This document shows, one piece after another, positions 60,817-64,000 of a stretch of DNA of 64,000 bases. The stretch lies in NCBI GenBank assembly GCA_964019335.1, contig OZ025710.1, positions 248,001 to 312,000 on the forward strand, given 5' to 3'. A program made the translations under genes and the position numbers. How positions within the stretch are numbered: position 1 is the stretch's first letter; every line of letters begins with the position of its first letter. Origin of the DNA: Diplonema japonicum (lineage: Eukaryota; Protista; Euglenozoa: Diplonemea). The notes beneath the pieces were generated by a model. It was not told the origin of the DNA. It did not search any database and saw nothing but the letters and a program-made list of their open reading frames with translations.

Positions 60817-60984
60817 AGGTACTTTGGTGTATCGTGCAATACACATAAAGTGCACAAGTACCAATGTGTTATAGACATGACAGCAGATTACCAAAACAAA
60901 CCGCGCACAGAGCAGCAAAATATCCACACCCGTTTCGAGACACTAGGCCACCAACCGTTACCGGTCGCAATACCTGTGCTCTAG
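57316..60984 (+). CDS. CFAP69: CFAP69-like ARM-repeat flagellar protein with C-terminal CAP/SCP-like domain (~1109 aa); exons 57316-57357, 57390-59105, 59152-60416, 60469-60609, 60819-60984
   Basis: DKELRNDVL, DDFDMKKTLW and WPLTQLVELQMQAL are CFAP69-like. CAP-like GLILAAADH...RMNRYG...LVINDG...NLFSPEFRYFGVSCNTH...CVID is completed only by the last exon. Confidence 0.8.
60641..60775. repeat. Dispersed hairpin repeat (copy of 3757-3895) inside the last CFAP69 intron
   Basis: Shared TTATGAC...TATGTCTTTG.TGTTCGC.CGAG.AAAAA...CTCGGCACAAGTTGCATA followed by poly(A). Confidence 0.8.
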
Positions 60985-61325
60985 AAAGGAAAGGGATTGT
61001 TGTAAGAGAAGCCCCCTTTTATTATATTTTTCTACCTTTTTTTTCCTTCAAAAAAAGGGTTTCTACCCAACATTTCCTTTGAGAATTGGAAGAGGTCTGT
61101 CTTTTCTGCTCTCTTTTTTTCTTTTTGTGCATTTTTTCCCTTTTCTTTTCCCTTACAACTTTTCGTGTCAAACCCCCCGAAAGGGCGTTGCGTTTTTTTT
61201 TTTAGTACCCTTCTGTATTCCTTCATTGATTGCATCTCAAAAAAATCGCAACATCACCCGAACAAAAAAAAATAGGGAGGGGAAGCAGGGATCCCCACGA
61301 GTGGAAGAAGAAAAAAAAAAAAACG

Positions 61326-64000
61326 ATGCAAGGTCCAGTTGAGATTGGTGACAAGGTGTTCTTCAACCACCCGGAGGAGAGTTGGATCATAGGAGTAGTG
61401 CGGGAGGTGAATGGGAGGCTAAAGGTGTGTGAGACAGAAGATGGTGTAATGTGCAAAACGGAAGAGGCACTGAAGGTGGTTGAGTCCAGTCTAGACAGCG
61501 TACACGACCTCAGAAAAATGAGCTATTTGCATGACAGCACACTCTTGTACCAGCTTCGCAAGCGGTACTGGGACAATGTTATTTACACAAACATTGGGCC
61601 CATTGTGATTGCTCTTAATCCGTACGACTACAGCTTGCCACGGTACACCGACGACAAGATGATAAATTACATCTCTGAAGGCCCTGATGTGCTCATCCAC
61701 GGCTCGCAGCAGTTCCCGCATGCCTGGTCCGTTGCACACCAAGCCTACTGCTCCATGCGGGCTAAGCAGGAAAACCAATCAATACTCGTCTCAGGTGAGA
61801 GCGGTGCCGGCAAGACAGAGGCCGTTAAAATCGTGATGAGGTACGTCGGGGAGCTCAGCACCACTGCGGCAACCCCCGACCAGCGGGACCACGCACGGTC
61901 CATCAACACAAAGGTTACCAATACCAGCCCTATCTTGGAGTCCTTCGGCAACGCCAAGACAACAAGGAACGACAACTCCAGCAGATTCGGAAAGTACATG
62001 CGCATGAAGTTCAACGGTGAAGGGGTCCTCATCGGCGCTTACATCGAGCCGTACTTGCTGGAGCGGAGCAGGGTCATCTCGCATTCCCATGGCGAACGTG
62101 GGTTCCATGCCTTCTACCAATTGATCGCAGGATCGACTCCTGAAGAGAAGCGTAGAATGAAGTTGGGGAAGCTGTCTGACTACCCCTGCCTCAACGCGGG
62201 GGGCATGGGGATAGTCAACGGCGTGGATGACGCAGAGGAGCATCGCATTACGCGAGAGGCTATGACCATCGTCGGGATATCTGAGAGCGAGCAGCGGTCT
62301 CTGTACAATGTGCTGGCAGCTGTGCTGCATTTGATGAGCGTGTCCTTCTTGGAGAAGGACTCACGCAGCTATCTAAGCGACGATGACACGCAAACAGTTG
62401 CTCTTGTTGCGGAGCTTCTTGGGATCTCTGCTGCGAATCTTCTTGAAGAACTCACGTCGACGACCCGCACTGTGGCAGGGGACACCTATACCACTGCACT
62501 GGACACCTCGTTGGCCACAGAGCAAAGAGACACCCTGTGCAAGACGCTGTATGAAAGAGTGTTTCTATGGTTGGTGCAGTCGATCAACGGTTTGATAGAC
62601 TGCCCTACTGACGACAGCGACCACTGGCTGGGGCTGCTGGACATCTTTGGGTTCGAACACTTCGAGAAGAACACCTTCGAGCAGCTCTGCATCAACCTCA
62701 CCAACGAGCAGCTGCAGCAGCATTACAACAAGTACATCTTTGCCAAGGACATGCAGGAATGCAAGGACGAAGGTATCGATGTCCAGAGCGTAATCTTCTC
62801 CGACAACCAGCCCACGCTCGACCTCATCACCTCCACTCTCGGTGTTTTGTCCCTCCTCGATGAGGAGGTACAGCTCCGTAAAGGCACTGACTCTGCTTTT
62901 GCCGCAAAACTTTCCGAAGCGCAGGGTTCACACCCTTCTTATGTCAAGCACAGAATGGACCGCCAGTCGTTTGGTGTCCGGCACTACGCAGGTACCGTGA
63001 TGTACACCGTGGACGGCTGGAAGGACAAGAACATGGATACCTTGAAGGACCAACTGAAGATGTTGGCGAGGTCGTCCAACAACACCTTCGTCGCAAATCT
63101 CGTTGAAGAACCCCCCTCGGCTGACCAGGTCCGCAGGAAGCCCACCGTGGCGAGAATATACAAAGGACAGCTGCAGGACCTCATGGCAGTCATCAACTCC
63201 TCGAACCCGCATTGGATTAGATGCATCAAACCGCACCACTGCAAGAAGCCCCGCAAGTTCCACGGGCAGGAAGTCATGACACAGCTGCGCTCTGCTGGTG
63301 TGTTGGAGACAGTGCGGATCCGGAAGATGGGGTTCTCAATCAGACTGACCTTCGAGGAGTTCGTGGCAAGGTATCATACCATATGCAATACAAGAGGCCG
63401 CGCCAAGGAGATCTGCCAAGCGGTACTGACCACCCTTGAGATCAAGACAGACATGGGGCAAGTTGGTAGAACAAAGGTGTTCCTGAAGAACGAGTCCTGG
63501 ATGGTAATCGAGGATGCAAGAGCACAGGCACTAAACTCGAGGGCATTGGTCATCCAGCGCAGTGTGTACGCAAGGCATGCTAAGGCACACCATGCTGTGC
63601 AGCTCGCTAAGAAGCGTGTAAAGATGTTGCAGGCCTACGCAAGGACCAAGCTGGCGATGAGACATGTGAAATGGGTTGAATACAAGTCACGAGAAGAGGT
63701 TCTTCTCAGTGGGGCTGCGAAGCTACAGTCCTGCATCAGAGAGGAAGAGAGAAGCAGAGTAGCGCTGATGCAAACAGAAGTCGATTATTTACATTCGTTC
63801 GGTGAGTGCAAAAAGAAACATTTAGAAGGCATTGTGGAGAAGTGGTACAAGGACAAGCCAGTGAAAGACGCATTGCAGCAATCGGACTTCAAGGTGCAGG
63901 AAGAGACGGAGCGGATGGCGATGGAGAGGAGAGAGCAAGAACAACTGTTGAAGACGCTGGACTTGCTGAAGGAGGACTTCTGTGTGATGCAGCAACGACA
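61326..64000 (+). CDS. Myosin heavy chain (motor, IQ motifs, start of coiled coil); runs off the window end
   Basis: IYTNIGPIVIALNPY, SGESGAGKTE, LESFGNAKTTRNDNSSRFGK, LLDIFGFE, FEQLCINLTNEQLQ. Absent from the ORF track because there is no stop in the window. Confidence 0.95.
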   Translation, partial: MQGPVEIGDKVFFNHPEESWIIGVVREVNGRLKVCETEDGVMCKTEEALKVVESSLDSVHDLRKMSYLHDSTLLYQLRKRYWDNVIYTNIGPIVIALNPYDYSLPRYTDDKMINYISEGPDVLIHGSQQFPHAWSVAHQAYCSMRAKQENQSILVSGESGAGKTEAVKIVMRYVGELSTTAATPDQRDHARSINTKVTNTSPILESFGNAKTTRNDNSSRFGKYMRMKFNGEGVLIGAYIEPYLLERSRVISHSHGERGFHAFYQLIAGSTPEEKRRMKLGKLSDYPCLNAGGMGIVNGVDDAEEHRITREAMTIVGISESEQRSLYNVLAAVLHLMSVSFLEKDSRSYLSDDDTQTVALVAELLGISAANLLEELTSTTRTVAGDTYTTALDTSLATEQRDTLCKTLYERVFLWLVQSINGLIDCPTDDSDHWLGLLDIFGFEHFEKNTFEQLCINLTNEQLQQHYNKYIFAKDMQECKDEGIDVQSVIFSDNQPTLDLITSTLGVLSLLDEEVQLRKGTDSAFAAKLSEAQGSHPSYVKHRMDRQSFGVRHYAGTVMYTVDGWKDKNMDTLKDQLKMLARSSNNTFVANLVEEPPSADQVRRKPTVARIYKGQLQDLMAVINSSNPHWIRCIKPHHCKKPRKFHGQEVMTQLRSAGVLETVRIRKMGFSIRLTFEEFVARYHTICNTRGRAKEICQAVLTTLEIKTDMGQVGRTKVFLKNESWMVIEDARAQALNSRALVIQRSVYARHAKAHHAVQLAKKRVKMLQAYARTKLAMRHVKWVEYKSREEVLLSGAAKLQSCIREEERSRVALMQTEVDYLHSFGECKKKHLEGIVEKWYKDKPVKDALQQSDFKVQEETERMAMERREQEQLLKTLDLLKEDFCVMQQR

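Noticed and set aside
1-64000. tRNA, rRNA or spliced-leader RNA genes
   Set aside because: None recognised by eye; a covariance-model scan would be needed to exclude them.

Overview
Eukaryotic nuclear DNA from a euglenozoan, most likely a diplonemid (inferred from PFR2 genes, strand-clustered genes, many short GT-AG introns and bacterial-type CAZymes). Every gene from 1 to ~49.8 kb is on the minus strand. They include ARL13, an ADPRM-like phosphoesterase, a PDZ/cytochrome-b5 protein, a DUF1917-like protein, an SPX-CCCH protein, two coiled-coil proteins, a PFR2-[AA10 LPMO-2xCBM1]x3-PFR2 block containing a piggyBac, an LVIVD protein, an eEF1Bgamma-type GST, PRP8 and a KdgK-Eda fusion. A ~5 kb transposon-filled divergent strand-switch region follows, then plus-strand genes: a P-loop protein, CFAP69 with a CAP domain, and a myosin that runs off the window. 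Best candidates for new biology: (1) an SPX (phosphate/inositol-pyrophosphate sensor)-CCCH RNA-binding protein with an MKT1-type HQPY motif, whose long downstream region carries five copies of a covarying RNA stem motif; (2) a triplicated GbpA-like bacterial AA10 LPMO grafted onto eukaryotic CBM1 modules; (3) a CpG-free zone at the strand switch, where transposon copies show CpG>TpG/CpA decay; (4) a peroxisome-targeted KdgK-Eda fusion with degenerate active sites; (5) tiny cis-introns with A/CA-rich rather than pyrimidine-rich 3' ends. All calls were made by eye from the sequence; no database searches were run.
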